The notes under the pieces are model-generated. The model did no database searches and was not told where the DNA came from. It was given only the letters and a program-made list of their open reading frames with translations. A stretch of DNA of 64,000 nucleotides from a virus (Duplodnaviria > Heunggongvirae > Uroviricota > Caudoviricetes): positions 83,598 to 147,597 of IMG/VR virus record IMGVR_UViG_3300038393_000804; one strand, written 5' to 3'. Positions 18,215 to 28,319 of this stretch are shown piece by piece (the stretch's first letter is position 1; every line of letters begins with the position of its first letter). The position numbers and the translations under genes were made by a program.

Positions 18215-19543
18215 TTGGCTAATCGTCGTGGAAAAGTAACTTGTGAAGCAATCAAGAAGAATGGAGAACGCTGCAAGCAAACTGTTGGTTTGGTTAACGG
18301 ATTCTGTGCTTCTCACCGTCCTGCTGTTGAAGAGTCTAATGTTTTAGTTATCTGCTCTTATGTTTGGCCTAATGGACGTAAGTGTGAAGAAGTGGCTGTG
18401 AAAGATGGTCTTTGCCAATTGCACCGTCATGACAATTTCGATACTCCTCCAGTGCATTCTGAAGCTGATTTAACAATCCCTTCTGACCTAGGTGATTTGG
18501 TTAATGAAATCAATAGCTTTATTCCTGGGGATGATGCGGTGATTGATTTACCAGTAGGAAGCTACAGTGTTGAGAATGCGGAGGAGCGCCCAGTCCAAGA
18601 TGCTCTTGATTATTTTCACCAACAACAGCAAGAGTCTGAATATGACTTTGACCTTAGTCGTGTTGTGGACACTGGTGACATTGTGAATCCAGAAGATGTA
18701 TTTGCTAAGTATAGCTATTTAATGGAGCATGTTGCTCTAGAGGCAGTTGCTAACAAAGATTTATTTGCTGCTTATATAATCAAGGTTGCAGGCATGACCT
18801 ATCTTCAAGCTGGACTAGAATTTAAGTTCCTTAAAGCTCAGGAAGATGAACTATCTGCAAAATCAAAGAGCATGACGGAGGATGCTCACAATGAATACGG
18901 TCAACATATCCCACTAGATATCCGTATGGATATTGATGCTATTCTTGCAGAGGTAATTGACTACAAGAATAAGCGTGCGGTAGTTATGGCTCAGATTGAA
19001 ATGTACGAAGCTCAAATGAATACAGATGAGCCTAAAGAAGAAAAGCCTGCTTTTGAAGATGCAGTTGCCGCCTTCTTCGGCAGTATCTGGGCTAAGATTA
19101 AGAAGTTTGGCCCTAAAGCGCTGATTACTGCTGGTGCATTAATGGTGCTGTTTGCTGTTGTCTCTATGTTTAACATGGGTGTTGATAAAGCTCCTTCTCC
19201 TAAGGTGCATCCTGAGGCTTCTCACAAGGCCACAGAGCAGTCTAAGCCTAAGGAGAATAGTCCAGCCCCTGTTGTTGACAACAAGCCTTCAGAGCCTTCT
19301 GATGCTGTTTCTGTCGATGGTCATGAAGACATTGTCCCTGTTCAAGTGGACACTGCTATTGTCCATGATGGTGATACACTGTGGGATATTGCTGTTGCTG
19401 TCTATGGTGACGGTAATCAATGGCATCGAATCTGGGAAGCTAACAAAGACAGACTGATGCATGACGATGTTCGCAATGCAACAGATGCAGGTCACTGGAT
19501 TCACGCAGGTCAAACTCTAGACATCCCAGGAGATGCAGAATAA
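18215..19543 (+). CDS. membrane protein with duplicated N-terminal Cys/His motifs, a TM segment, a Pro-rich linker and a C-terminal LysM domain
   Basis: AAGGTGG RBS and TTG start. The LysM-like segment is VHDGDTLWDIAVAVYGDGNQWHRIWEANKD...GQTLDIP. Confidence 0.6.
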   Translation: MANRRGKVTCEAIKKNGERCKQTVGLVNGFCASHRPAVEESNVLVICSYVWPNGRKCEEVAVKDGLCQLHRHDNFDTPPVHSEADLTIPSDLGDLVNEINSFIPGDDAVIDLPVGSYSVENAEERPVQDALDYFHQQQQESEYDFDLSRVVDTGDIVNPEDVFAKYSYLMEHVALEAVANKDLFAAYIIKVAGMTYLQAGLEFKFLKAQEDELSAKSKSMTEDAHNEYGQHIPLDIRMDIDAILAEVIDYKNKRAVVMAQIEMYEAQMNTDEPKEEKPAFEDAVAAFFGSIWAKIKKFGPKALITAGALMVLFAVVSMFNMGVDKAPSPKVHPEASHKATEQSKPKENSPAPVVDNKPSEPSDAVSVDGHEDIVPVQVDTAIVHDGDTLWDIAVAVYGDGNQWHRIWEANKDRLMHDDVRNATDAGHWIHAGQTLDIPGDAE

Positions 19544-19761
19544 TGATGACTATTGATGAAGCAATCCGTGCTGAATTAACCGAAGCCGTTCAGGATGTTT
19601 TACTTCTTGGCAATGCTGAAAGTTTCTTCTCTATTGAAGAAGTTCTTTCTATTGTATTTAAGTTTTACGGGGCCGTTACCCAAGCTGTACAATTCTGCGT
19701 CATTACGCCTGAGCAAGCTCATGAGTTACACTGCTGGCTTGTTGCAATGTTCGAACTATAA
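19543..19761 (+). CDS. hypothetical small protein, 72 aa
   Basis: Start overlaps the upstream stop (TAATGATG). Confidence 0.45.
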   Translation: MMTIDEAIRAELTEAVQDVLLLGNAESFFSIEEVLSIVFKFYGAVTQAVQFCVITPEQAHELHCWLVAMFEL

Positions 19762-19778
19762 TAAGGGAGGAACCTATC

Positions 19779-20159
19779 ATGGCTAAAACTAGAATCAGTT
19801 TATGGGAAAAAGTTAAACGTATTGTTGCTCACGCATTTGAACTTGAGACTAGACTGGAGCGCGAAGAAAAGCGTCAGGCAAAATTACGCCTTGAGCACGA
19901 GCAGCACATTGCCAAATTAATTGAAGAAAACCATGCAGCTATCCTGGCTTGGAATGAGGAAAAGAAAAGACTCAAAGATGAGCTGGCTGAAATTGAAAGA
20001 CAACGCAAGCTTCAGGCACAGTGGGAAGCTGAGCAAGCAGAGAAGGTTCGTCTGTTTAAAGACAATCGCGCATTACAAGAAAGACACCTTTGGAAATCTA
20101 CTCAAGACATCATTGATGCGGAAGTGGTAGAAGAAGTAGCCGCATCAGAAGAAGAATAA
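19779..20159 (+). CDS. coiled-coil hypothetical protein, 126 aa
   Basis: GGGAGGAAC RBS; heptad-rich ERE repeats. Confidence 0.55.
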   Translation: MAKTRISLWEKVKRIVAHAFELETRLEREEKRQAKLRLEHEQHIAKLIEENHAAILAWNEEKKRLKDELAEIERQRKLQAQWEAEQAEKVRLFKDNRALQERHLWKSTQDIIDAEVVEEVAASEEE

Positions 20160-20193
20160 TCATAATTCAAAACTTACAGGAGTGAAACTATCA

Positions 20194-20673
20194 ATGGAAA
20201 CACTATTAATCATCTTATTGGCTTTAGCATCAATTGCCGTTACTATGGGCATCGCTATCTATGGACTAGCAGGACACTGTGGACATCAACACATCAACTT
20301 AGCACCAAAGACTTTGCACAATTTAGAAGACTTTGAAGAAGCAAGAAGGTATGCGGCCATCTTTGGTTTGACCAATGACGCTCATGATTTGAACATTCAA
20401 GAGCTATTGGAGATGGGTCGTAAATATGAAGCTTTCTTGGGTTCTGAAGCAATTGACAATATCGTTGAGCAACATGAAGCTTTCTATGCACCTTGTAATA
20501 CTGTTAACATTAAAGAACGCATTAATGCTCGCCGCCACTATGTTAATCGAGTGGTTAAAGAGAGCAATATTGTAGCACACATCAATGGGTTGGCACATAC
20601 GATTTTCATTCAAATCATTACTGGAGGTAATAAGGATGGAGAACCGTCAATTAATGCTAACATGGGAATTTGA
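20194..20673 (+). CDS. hypothetical protein with an N-terminal TM helix, about 160 aa
   Basis: AGGAG RBS (long spacer); the alternative GTG start is at 20182. Confidence 0.5.
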   Translation: METLLIILLALASIAVTMGIAIYGLAGHCGHQHINLAPKTLHNLEDFEEARRYAAIFGLTNDAHDLNIQELLEMGRKYEAFLGSEAIDNIVEQHEAFYAPCNTVNIKERINARRHYVNRVVKESNIVAHINGLAHTIFIQIITGGNKDGEPSINANMGI

Positions 20674-21100
20674 GAAATACAATCGCTCTTACCACATTGA
20701 AGTCCATAAAGGCTTGGTAAATATCGAGGGCGTTGTGCAGTTTGAGGGGCAAACGTACAGAAAAGTCGTTGCTACAAAATCTTTCAGTCTTGTCGTTCGC
20801 GAAACAAGCATCAATGCATTGGGTAATGAAGAAATCAAAACTGAATACTTCATGGATTTATGTGCCCGTGCAGGTGAGTTTAAGTACGCTATCACAAAGA
20901 TGGAAAGAGATTGTAAAGACCTAAAGGAAATCCGAGCTTTAGTGTCTAGCCTTAGACCGTTATTCTCAGTTGCCATCAAGAAGGATGCAGCTGCATTAGT
21001 CCGTAGAGCTTTTCGATTATTTGATGACGCACCTATGTATGATATAACAGCACGTACTAAAAAGGTAAAACCTCTTCCCCCAAATTACTATCAGAGATAG
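20635..21100 (+). CDS. hypothetical protein, 155 aa
   Basis: GGAGGT RBS before the ATG at 20635; overlaps the upstream gene 3' end. Confidence 0.5.
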
Positions 21101-21609
21101 GGAAGTTGTCATCTAGTCGCATTTGCCACGGATTAATTAAAGCACAGTAGCCAGTTACCGAAGAACTGGTGAGGGGCATGTTGGTAACAGCATGCATTGG
21201 TTGGAGGGTGCTAGTAAGATTGCCAGGGTGGTATGGGTCCCTGAGCATAGTATGAAAGGAGTTGGTAAAAGTGCAAGGCCCGCCTAAGTTTGTCCTCGAT
21301 GTATACAGACAGAGTTACACTAGGGAGAGGAGAAATGGTTGGCGGGGGTTTACTGGGGAAGCAACACAAGCAATGGAGATGGAAACTATCATGAAACAAC
21401 ACGTACAAACATCTGAAGCAACAGCAATCAACAGCAAGTACCCAGGTCGTCTGTCTTTTACTCACCTACCGAAAGGGGGTGGGAGCCTAACGTAGTTAGA
21501 AACACCCGTCGCGGGGTTTCTTAAATGACGGGGAGAGTTTGTTCTGTTTCCTGCTCGATTCGCAGTTCCCTTTATTATGTTACTAAATTTTAAATTGGAG
21601 GAATTAATC

Positions 21610-22032
21610 ATGTCAAAAGAAATCAATTTACTAGGTTCAGAGTTTGTAAGCTTCACGGAGGAAAGACTAATGAAACGCATTACTATTCTTAATGATATCA
21701 TTGCTGACCCTGATGCATTAGATGAAGAAATTGCTGGTGCTGCTATGAAGCGTAAAGAGGTTAAAGAACTATTGTCTGTATTCGCTATGGTAAAGCAGGT
21801 TGGTATGGACCCATCTGGTATGAGTGCATATGACGTTTTAGATATTGTTATCCAAGCTAGTACTGGTAAGACTGCTGACCAAGTGGCTAAGCAAACGAGT
21901 GGTGGTGCTTTAGCTCAGAGTCTTGGTGAAAGGACAGCTAAGGCAATTGATACCACTAAGAAGGTTACAAAGAAAGGTGCTGGCGGCCTTGGCTCTTGGT
22001 TAACTAAATGGGCCTATGGTGACATAAAGTAA
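21610..22032 (+). CDS. hypothetical protein, 140 aa
   Basis: ATTGGAGGAATT RBS. Confidence 0.6.
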   Translation: MSKEINLLGSEFVSFTEERLMKRITILNDIIADPDALDEEIAGAAMKRKEVKELLSVFAMVKQVGMDPSGMSAYDVLDIVIQASTGKTADQVAKQTSGGALAQSLGERTAKAIDTTKKVTKKGAGGLGSWLTKWAYGDIK

Positions 22033-22036
22033 TGAC

Positions 22037-22062
22037 AGGGGGAGCTTCGGCTCTCCTTTTTG
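22037..22062 (+). terminator. UUCG-loop terminator (GGGGGAGC-TTCG-GCTCTCC plus T5)
   Basis: Read directly. Confidence 0.65.
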
Positions 22063-22177
22063 TATGGCGTAGGAGGTGACCGTCATTGTTGTTGGGATAA
22101 ATCTGTCTATCCCTGTCACTTAGTCATTGGTACGTCTGGCAGCCCAAAAAGGGGCGGGACGAAAGGAGAAAATAATC

Positions 22178-22798
22178 ATGGCATTCACATTATCACAATT
22201 CAAATCAGCACTAGGAAATAACGGAGGTGCTGCTGTTGAAGCTACAACTCAATTCGCTAACAAGGCTTGGGATACTACTAAGTCTACTGCTGCAACTGTT
22301 GGCTCTACTGTTAAAGGAGTTATGCCTGCAACTAATAAGAAAGTTGATGGTATTGCTGCCAAGTTCAACACTCGTTTGAATAACGTTGAAATGCAACAAC
22401 GTGTTGACGCAGTTAAGATTTCAATGATTGCTCAGGCTACTGGTGTGAATCTTCCAACTGATGAAGAAATCGTTGAGGCTATCCTTGAGGATGACCGTTT
22501 GGAAGCTCAGGCTAAGAAAGATGAAGAAGTGGCAAAGAAAGTAGCAGCTGTTGCTGATGTTGTTGTGAATCCTGAGGTAACTCAGATGTTGGGCATGTTA
22601 GCTCAGAAGTTATTCGGTACAAATCCATTTGGTGAAGTGGAAGAAGATGAAGAGGAAGAAATCATCGAGATTAAACAGCCTGAACCAAAGAAAGAAGAAA
22701 ACGTGGTGAAGATGGAGACTAAGAAAGATGAAGGTGTTGCTGCTCCACTTAAAGGTGGTCGTCGTAAGTTAGGCCGCCAAGCACCACTAGCAGATTAA
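22178..22798 (+). CDS. hypothetical protein, 206 aa, Ala/Glu-rich with an acidic C-terminal tract; scaffold-like composition
   Basis: AAAGGAGAAAAT RBS. Confidence 0.55.
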   Translation: MAFTLSQFKSALGNNGGAAVEATTQFANKAWDTTKSTAATVGSTVKGVMPATNKKVDGIAAKFNTRLNNVEMQQRVDAVKISMIAQATGVNLPTDEEIVEAILEDDRLEAQAKKDEEVAKKVAAVADVVVNPEVTQMLGMLAQKLFGTNPFGEVEEDEEEEIIEIKQPEPKKEENVVKMETKKDEGVAAPLKGGRRKLGRQAPLAD

Positions 22799-22909
22799 TA
22801 GATAAATAATTGTCGTTGTCGGGAGAGTCAATGGTTGGTTTAACAGTGAGGACACAGATGGGTGAGAGGCCATCATAAAAAACTAACAATCAAAAGGGGA
22901 TAATTTAAA

Positions 22910-25423
22910 ATGACAAACACTACTATCGCAACTGTAATCGAAATGGTAATCAACGCTGGAGTTAAAACTGCTACTGAAATCGAAGCTTTCGTAACTGGTC
23001 TTGGACGTAATGTAACTGTTGCTATGCTTGACGAAGCTCTTGATTCATTAATGGTTGCTCACACTACTCGTATGACTAAAGCAGTTAAGATTAACCTTTT
23101 CGCTCGTGCTCTTGAAATGGATATTGACGATGAAGATTTCGCGGCTGATATGGAATCTCTTCGTGGTCCTGTTGCTGAAACTGTAGAAGTTGAAGGTGAA
23201 GTTGGTCAATTATCTGCTGCTAGTGAGACTCTAGTGGCAGAAACAAATCAAAAGGAGGAAGTTCAAACTATGACTGAACAAGAACAAGTAAACTACCGTA
23301 ATCAAAAGGCAATCAACAACTCTAAGCACTTAGAGAAAGGTGCATTCAATGAGTTTAACGTATCTCATACTGGTGGATTGTCAAATGAGATTCAAGCTAT
23401 GCTGGACAACGTGAACAATTCTAAGAATGAATACTTCCGTAGCATTGGTGACTTTGGTGTGCGTGTGGAAAACATCTGGTTCTATGCTGAGAAAGCAGAA
23501 GCAACTCGTGAAGAGATTCGTAGCCGTAAGTATGTTCGTCACAGTGAAGGTGTGAACAAGAATGGTGAGAAGTGGGAGCAAACAATTATCGGTGAAGTAA
23601 CTGTGCGTATTCCTAAGGATTATATGCAAATCAAGTTCTTCAACCGTAAGTTGCCAAATCCAAACACTGGTCGCATGGGTATGGTTGAATGGTTAGACTT
23701 CAATGGCTATGATGCTGAAGGTAATCGTGTTGCTTATGATGCTGACTTCACTAAGCCACGTAACAACTCTATGAAACCAGCTGAAGGTAAAGGCTATATT
23801 GTACTACCAATCAAATTAGGTAAAGACGGTAAGCCAAGAGTTAACCTTCCAGTTGATGCTGATAAGAATGGTGGACGCCCATGGCCTGTATTCAAGACTG
23901 CTGATGTACGTTATATCAACAGCAAGAATGCACGTTTCAAAGATGAGTCTATGTATGTAGCTGATAACAACTCTTGGTTCAATGCTCAGGTAACTGCGTA
24001 TATCCAAGTGTTCACTGGTGAGTTTGCTCAACAAGATGTGCGTAATATCCATGCCATCAATAAGCTTTGTACTACTTGTGCTCACAGTGTACGTTTGTTC
24101 CAACGTGATGAAGTAAACGGTGATTTGGATACTTCAAGAAAGTCTCGTTCTGTGTTGAATCCATTAAGCATCCTTGAATTGGCTCAAGTGGGTAGCAACC
24201 TGCCGTCCGTTGTTTGTGGTCTTTCTCAGAAGTTTGTGGATGTTGAAGCAACACTTGCATTAAACGAAGCTGAGCAATTCGAGAAAACAGACTATCGTGA
24301 TGCAGAAGGAAGAATCCGTTATGTTGGTCACAATCAAATCCTAATGAAAGGTGAAGCAATCAACAAGTTTGAATTCCGTGCTGAAGGTACAAGAGGTGCG
24401 GCTGAAGATTGTGTTCACTACCATGGCAACACTCCTAAGTCTGAAGGTAAGGTAGCAGCTGAACGTGCATCATTACGTGAGCAAGGTAAGTCTGATTATG
24501 TTTCTCCATTCTACAAAGAGCTTCCACAAGTTGAGCGTCAATTCGTTCAAACATATGTTGAAGTAGAAGGTAAGAAACTATGGGTGCCTAAGTTCCCTGG
24601 TGAAGTTGAGAAGCCATTAGCTGTTCGTGTTAAATCTGCTGGATTAACTGTATACGGAGCACCACACGTATTCAAATACTCAGATAAAGGATTTGTTGCG
24701 CCAACTATGCCAGAAGATGTTCGTCACAATGATGTAATGAAGAAAATCAACCAAATCTTCTTTGCTGCATTCAACATGTGGAAACTTGATGAAGCTCAAG
24801 CAGAAGCAATCTTCGAATTAGCTGATAACAAGCCTGAAGGTTTAACTGATGCTGAGAACGATAAGTGGGACCTTGCTGTGTACTGGTTAGCTCAAGCCAT
24901 CGTTCGTGCTCAAGAGCGTGAAGAGTCTAAGAAGATTCCAGCATTCGCACCATACTTCTTCGATACTACTAATGTGGTTCTTGAAGTAGAGCAAGAAGAT
25001 GGGACTGTAATCGAAGCTCCAGCTCACTTAGAAGAAATCAAAGTGGAGTGGGTTATGGGTGAGACTATGGACCGTGAAGATGAAATCGGTTATGGTATGG
25101 GTTACAAAGATTTAATGCCAACTGAGTTCACTCGTTACTTGAATGACAAGGCTATGGACTATGTCTACCGTGTCATCGAAAGCGGTCAACGTTTCGTTCT
25201 TGTTGGTGATGACGCTAAAGATGTGGAGCTTGCTACTGGTGCATTACAGCATATGCTTCAAATCGAATTAACAAACAACTACTATGTGTTTGCTGATGGT
25301 TCTCGCCGCGATGCTTCTCTTGTAAGCAATGTGAAACGTGATGCTGACCCTAAAGCTGCACTAGAAGCCTTGAATGTTTGTGATGATGTGAAGTTCTACA
25401 TCGCTGACCTTCTAGGACTATAA
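22910..25423 (+). CDS. large hypothetical protein, 837 aa, bracketed by strong terminators and therefore likely abundant; possibly structural
   Basis: AAAGGGGATAAT RBS; no catalytic motif recognised. Confidence 0.65.
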   Translation: MTNTTIATVIEMVINAGVKTATEIEAFVTGLGRNVTVAMLDEALDSLMVAHTTRMTKAVKINLFARALEMDIDDEDFAADMESLRGPVAETVEVEGEVGQLSAASETLVAETNQKEEVQTMTEQEQVNYRNQKAINNSKHLEKGAFNEFNVSHTGGLSNEIQAMLDNVNNSKNEYFRSIGDFGVRVENIWFYAEKAEATREEIRSRKYVRHSEGVNKNGEKWEQTIIGEVTVRIPKDYMQIKFFNRKLPNPNTGRMGMVEWLDFNGYDAEGNRVAYDADFTKPRNNSMKPAEGKGYIVLPIKLGKDGKPRVNLPVDADKNGGRPWPVFKTADVRYINSKNARFKDESMYVADNNSWFNAQVTAYIQVFTGEFAQQDVRNIHAINKLCTTCAHSVRLFQRDEVNGDLDTSRKSRSVLNPLSILELAQVGSNLPSVVCGLSQKFVDVEATLALNEAEQFEKTDYRDAEGRIRYVGHNQILMKGEAINKFEFRAEGTRGAAEDCVHYHGNTPKSEGKVAAERASLREQGKSDYVSPFYKELPQVERQFVQTYVEVEGKKLWVPKFPGEVEKPLAVRVKSAGLTVYGAPHVFKYSDKGFVAPTMPEDVRHNDVMKKINQIFFAAFNMWKLDEAQAEAIFELADNKPEGLTDAENDKWDLAVYWLAQAIVRAQEREESKKIPAFAPYFFDTTNVVLEVEQEDGTVIEAPAHLEEIKVEWVMGETMDREDEIGYGMGYKDLMPTEFTRYLNDKAMDYVYRVIESGQRFVLVGDDAKDVELATGALQHMLQIELTNNYYVFADGSRRDASLVSNVKRDADPKAALEALNVCDDVKFYIADLLGL

Positions 25424-25434
25424 GCAATACCACA

Positions 25435-25463
25435 GGGGAGTCTTCGGGCTTCCCTTTATTTAT
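25435..25463 (+). terminator. UUCG-loop terminator (GGGGAGTC-TTCG-GGCTTCCC plus TTTATTTATTT)
   Basis: Read directly. Confidence 0.65.
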
Positions 25464-25506
25464 TTAACCAAAAAACTATAACTAATAATAAGGATGGTAA
25501 TTAATC

Positions 25507-26727
25507 ATGACTAAATTTGTAAAATTCGTAGCAACTACTGAAGATGTTAAAGCTGGTGTTGATGTTCTTGTTGAAGACTTCCAAATGACTGTTAACAACT
25601 TTACTGCTGAGGGCAAGAACGGACTTGAAGAAGCTGTTGATATGTATGTGATGGAAGCTATCAACGGCGGAGAGAAGTCCATCGCTGTAGTATCTGATGA
25701 TATCAATGTTGCTAATGCAATCGCTGCTGTACTAAACCAAGCATACACTAAGGAGATGGAATTAATGAAAACTACTAAAACTGCTGAAATCACTGTATCT
25801 GTTGAATCTACACCTGAAGAAAAGAAAGCTGCTACTATCGCTAAATCATCTGCTGCACAAAAGTTCTTGGCTAAACATGCAAACAAAGTTGAAAACACTA
25901 AGGAGGAAGTTGAAATGAAACAAGAAGAAAAGAAGGTTGCTGGTCGTCGTCGTTTAAATACTGGTGCTGCTACACAAGAAGAAAAGAAAGCTGAAGTAAA
26001 AGAAACTAAAACTACAACTAATGAAAAGGTGGAAACTGAAATGAATAAACCAAACCGTAAATCTACTAGCCGTGTACTAAAGAATACTAAGCCTGCTGCT
26101 GCTGAAGGTCGTCGTCGTCTAGGTCGCTCTGAATCAATCAAGAATGAATTCAAGAAGTTTGAAGGCCCTTGGTACTTGAATGCTGAACTATACCCTGTAT
26201 TAAACCGATTAGAAGGAATCCTTGAAACATTGTCTGATGCTGAACTAGGTATTGAGCAAATCGTATTGGTTGACCCAAGTGAAGTGTCTCGTACTCGTAA
26301 CAACCCAGACATCACTGTGGTAATCCAAATCAAAGCTAATGGTAACATCTTGGAGTTCCCAATCAAGAATGCATCTGCTAACTCTAGCTCTGACCTTGCA
26401 TCTACTTCTATTGGATGGGTGGATACAAAGAACGGCCTTCGTCCTGCATTCGGTTTCTGGAGACCTAATGAAATCAATGTGAAAGCTACTTGTACTTGCG
26501 GTAAAGAATTCAAAGGCAACACTGGTAACCTATACTGCACAAGCTGCAAGAAGAAACATGCTGACGCTGAAGTATCTGTATCACACGCTTTGGATATGGA
26601 GTTTGATGGCAACTGGGTATTCCAAACTGTTCCTAACTTGGTTGTACCTCGTGAAACTCTTGCATTAATCATGGCTATTGCTCAGTATGATGCTGGTCTT
26701 GACATGTGGGGAGTTGTAGCAGAGTAA
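25507..26727 (+). CDS. hypothetical protein, 406 aa, with a Lys/Glu-rich basic middle segment (repeated GRRRL)
   Basis: AAGGATGGTAAT RBS; terminator downstream. Confidence 0.65.
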   Translation: MTKFVKFVATTEDVKAGVDVLVEDFQMTVNNFTAEGKNGLEEAVDMYVMEAINGGEKSIAVVSDDINVANAIAAVLNQAYTKEMELMKTTKTAEITVSVESTPEEKKAATIAKSSAAQKFLAKHANKVENTKEEVEMKQEEKKVAGRRRLNTGAATQEEKKAEVKETKTTTNEKVETEMNKPNRKSTSRVLKNTKPAAAEGRRRLGRSESIKNEFKKFEGPWYLNAELYPVLNRLEGILETLSDAELGIEQIVLVDPSEVSRTRNNPDITVVIQIKANGNILEFPIKNASANSSSDLASTSIGWVDTKNGLRPAFGFWRPNEINVKATCTCGKEFKGNTGNLYCTSCKKKHADAEVSVSHALDMEFDGNWVFQTVPNLVVPRETLALIMAIAQYDAGLDMWGVVAE

Positions 26728-26736
26728 TTGTCACCA

Positions 26737-26760
26737 TGGGGGCTTCGGCCTCCTTTATTA
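26737..26760 (+). terminator. UUCG-loop terminator (GGGGGC-TTCG-GCCTCC plus TTTATT)
   Basis: Read directly. Confidence 0.6.
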
Positions 26761-27402
26761 CTATATAGGGAGATGATTACTTGTATGGGCTGCTAGTTTT
26801 ATACATTATCTATATACGCTGGAGAATATACCCGCCCGATACGCCGAGCGAAGCGAGGCCAAGCTTGACTGGTAGGAGGCGCGTTACAAGTTCAAGTGAA
26901 TGGGGGGAAGCTGTCACGGAGTTTACGCATGGGAAGGGGACCCTTAAGATTCGAACTTGTTGCGCCGACGCACGCGGGGAGCGTTTAGCTATAGAGGCCC
27001 CGTTCTTTATCGGACCCTGCGGTAGCAGGTGCAAGCCCGATGGCGAGCGATGAGCGAGCCATATGCAAATAGGGTGTGGGAGTCCCTATATAGGAGGACC
27101 TGCCTTCGGCTGACTATTCGCCTTCGGCTGGTTGAAGTTGTGGGGGGACCCCTTTAGAGGAGGCTTTCGCTGGTGGGCGTATTACGCCTGATTAATTGAA
27201 TTGAATTAATAGGTAGGATGTATATAGAGAGTATCATGTACTATATAGGTATATGGTATATATAGCAGGAACTATATAGGGAGAGGAAGACTATATAGAA
27301 TAGAGTGTTATACGTGGCGGCATTGTTTTTCATATGTGGTGTCATAATGCTATATGATTTAGCTAATAGGCATAAGTAGTACTATATAGGAGGAATGGTA
27401 GA

Positions 27403-27651
27403 ATGGAAGAGTTTATTGATAAGTGTATGTATGTATTAAAGGAAGGGATGACACTGGGCACCGACGGGCTATTCATCTCTTATATAGGCAATGATATCTA
27501 TATAGTACAGGACCCTGTATTACCAGAGTGTGATACCGAAGAAGGTCCAGTGGAGATACGCCGCCGCTTGGAGGAATACTATATAAGCCATCCTATGGAG
27601 ATGGAGATGGACAGAGACTATATAGAGGAACGCATAGGGAGCGCCGTGTAG
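27403..27651 (+). CDS. hypothetical acidic protein, 82 aa
   Basis: TAGGAGGAATGG RBS; contains CTATATAG motifs within the coding sequence. Confidence 0.5.
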   Translation: MEEFIDKCMYVLKEGMTLGTDGLFISYIGNDIYIVQDPVLPECDTEEGPVEIRRRLEEYYISHPMEMEMDRDYIEERIGSAV

Positions 27652-27696
27652 GTGACTCCCTTTCTCTCTGGATGTCATAAAGTCATGGTAACTTAC

Positions 27697-27712
27697 TTAA
27701 CCTTAAGGTAAC
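27697..27712. promoter_or_regulatory. operator-like motif TTAACCTTAAGGTAAC (reverse complement GTTACCTTAAGGTTAA), the inverted copy of the 11079 motif
   Basis: 15/16-nt identity with 11079-11093 in the opposite orientation. Confidence 0.4.
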
Positions 27713-28115
27713 AAATGGACACACTAAAAGTGGGCCTAGGTAAGACACAATGAATGTTTGAGGGTACTGGTAGTAAAAAGTCCTTGCGTACCAAGGGTTT
27801 GAGAGGTTATGTTTATTTATTTGTACCTTGTGCCTATATTATGGGTGACTAATGACTAAAGTCATAAGTACTATAATAAGAGGTAAAAGTGGAAAATACA
27901 CCTATGAAAGGAAAGTTGTATGGATAATTATAATAAATGTGCTATATGGTTTTGTTTAGGTATAGGTACTTCTATGTGGTTAGGTGTTCTATTAGCTTAT
28001 CTTGTATGGGGTAATGCTATATGGTCTATCTCTATATAGTTGTCTATGTCTTATTGTACTATATAGTGATGTTGTAATCATAAGGTAATCCCGCCCGCCA
28101 TTAGGAGGTGATGTT

Positions 28116-28319
28116 GTGGATAGACAGTCGGTAAGTGTTGGTGCTAAGTCATGGATGGTTATGTCGTTCTTGATTGAATCATGTATGGCATTTACTATGT
28201 GGTCTGTTATACCATGGTTCTTTAAGCTATGGACTGTATTCTGTTTGATGATAGATTTATTCTTAATAAGCAGGGAGTTTATCCTGCACCCGATTAGTAG
28301 GAGGAATGTATATGTTTAG
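28116..28319 (+). CDS. small membrane protein (67 aa), paralog of 43265-43504
   Basis: AGGAGG RBS and GTG start. Alignment: SVGAKSWMVMSFLIESCMAFTMWSVIPWFFKLWTVFCLMIDLFLISREF against SIGAKTWMVCSLLIETTMTIVTWAAIPLFFKIWSVVCLMIDAFLILREF. Confidence 0.55.
   Translation: MDRQSVSVGAKSWMVMSFLIESCMAFTMWSVIPWFFKLWTVFCLMIDLFLISREFILHPISRRNVYV

Noticed and set aside
26940-26975. GATTCGAAC, the reverse complement of a tRNA T-loop GTTCGAATC, suggesting a minus-strand tRNA
   Set aside because: The flanking bases give only a 3-bp T-stem and no acceptor/D/anticodon arm arrangement. Not a tRNA.
26781-27053. Overlapping plus and minus ORFs in the GC-rich island
   Set aside because: No SD and atypical composition for this genome. 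The island is more likely non-coding (reported as a finding instead).
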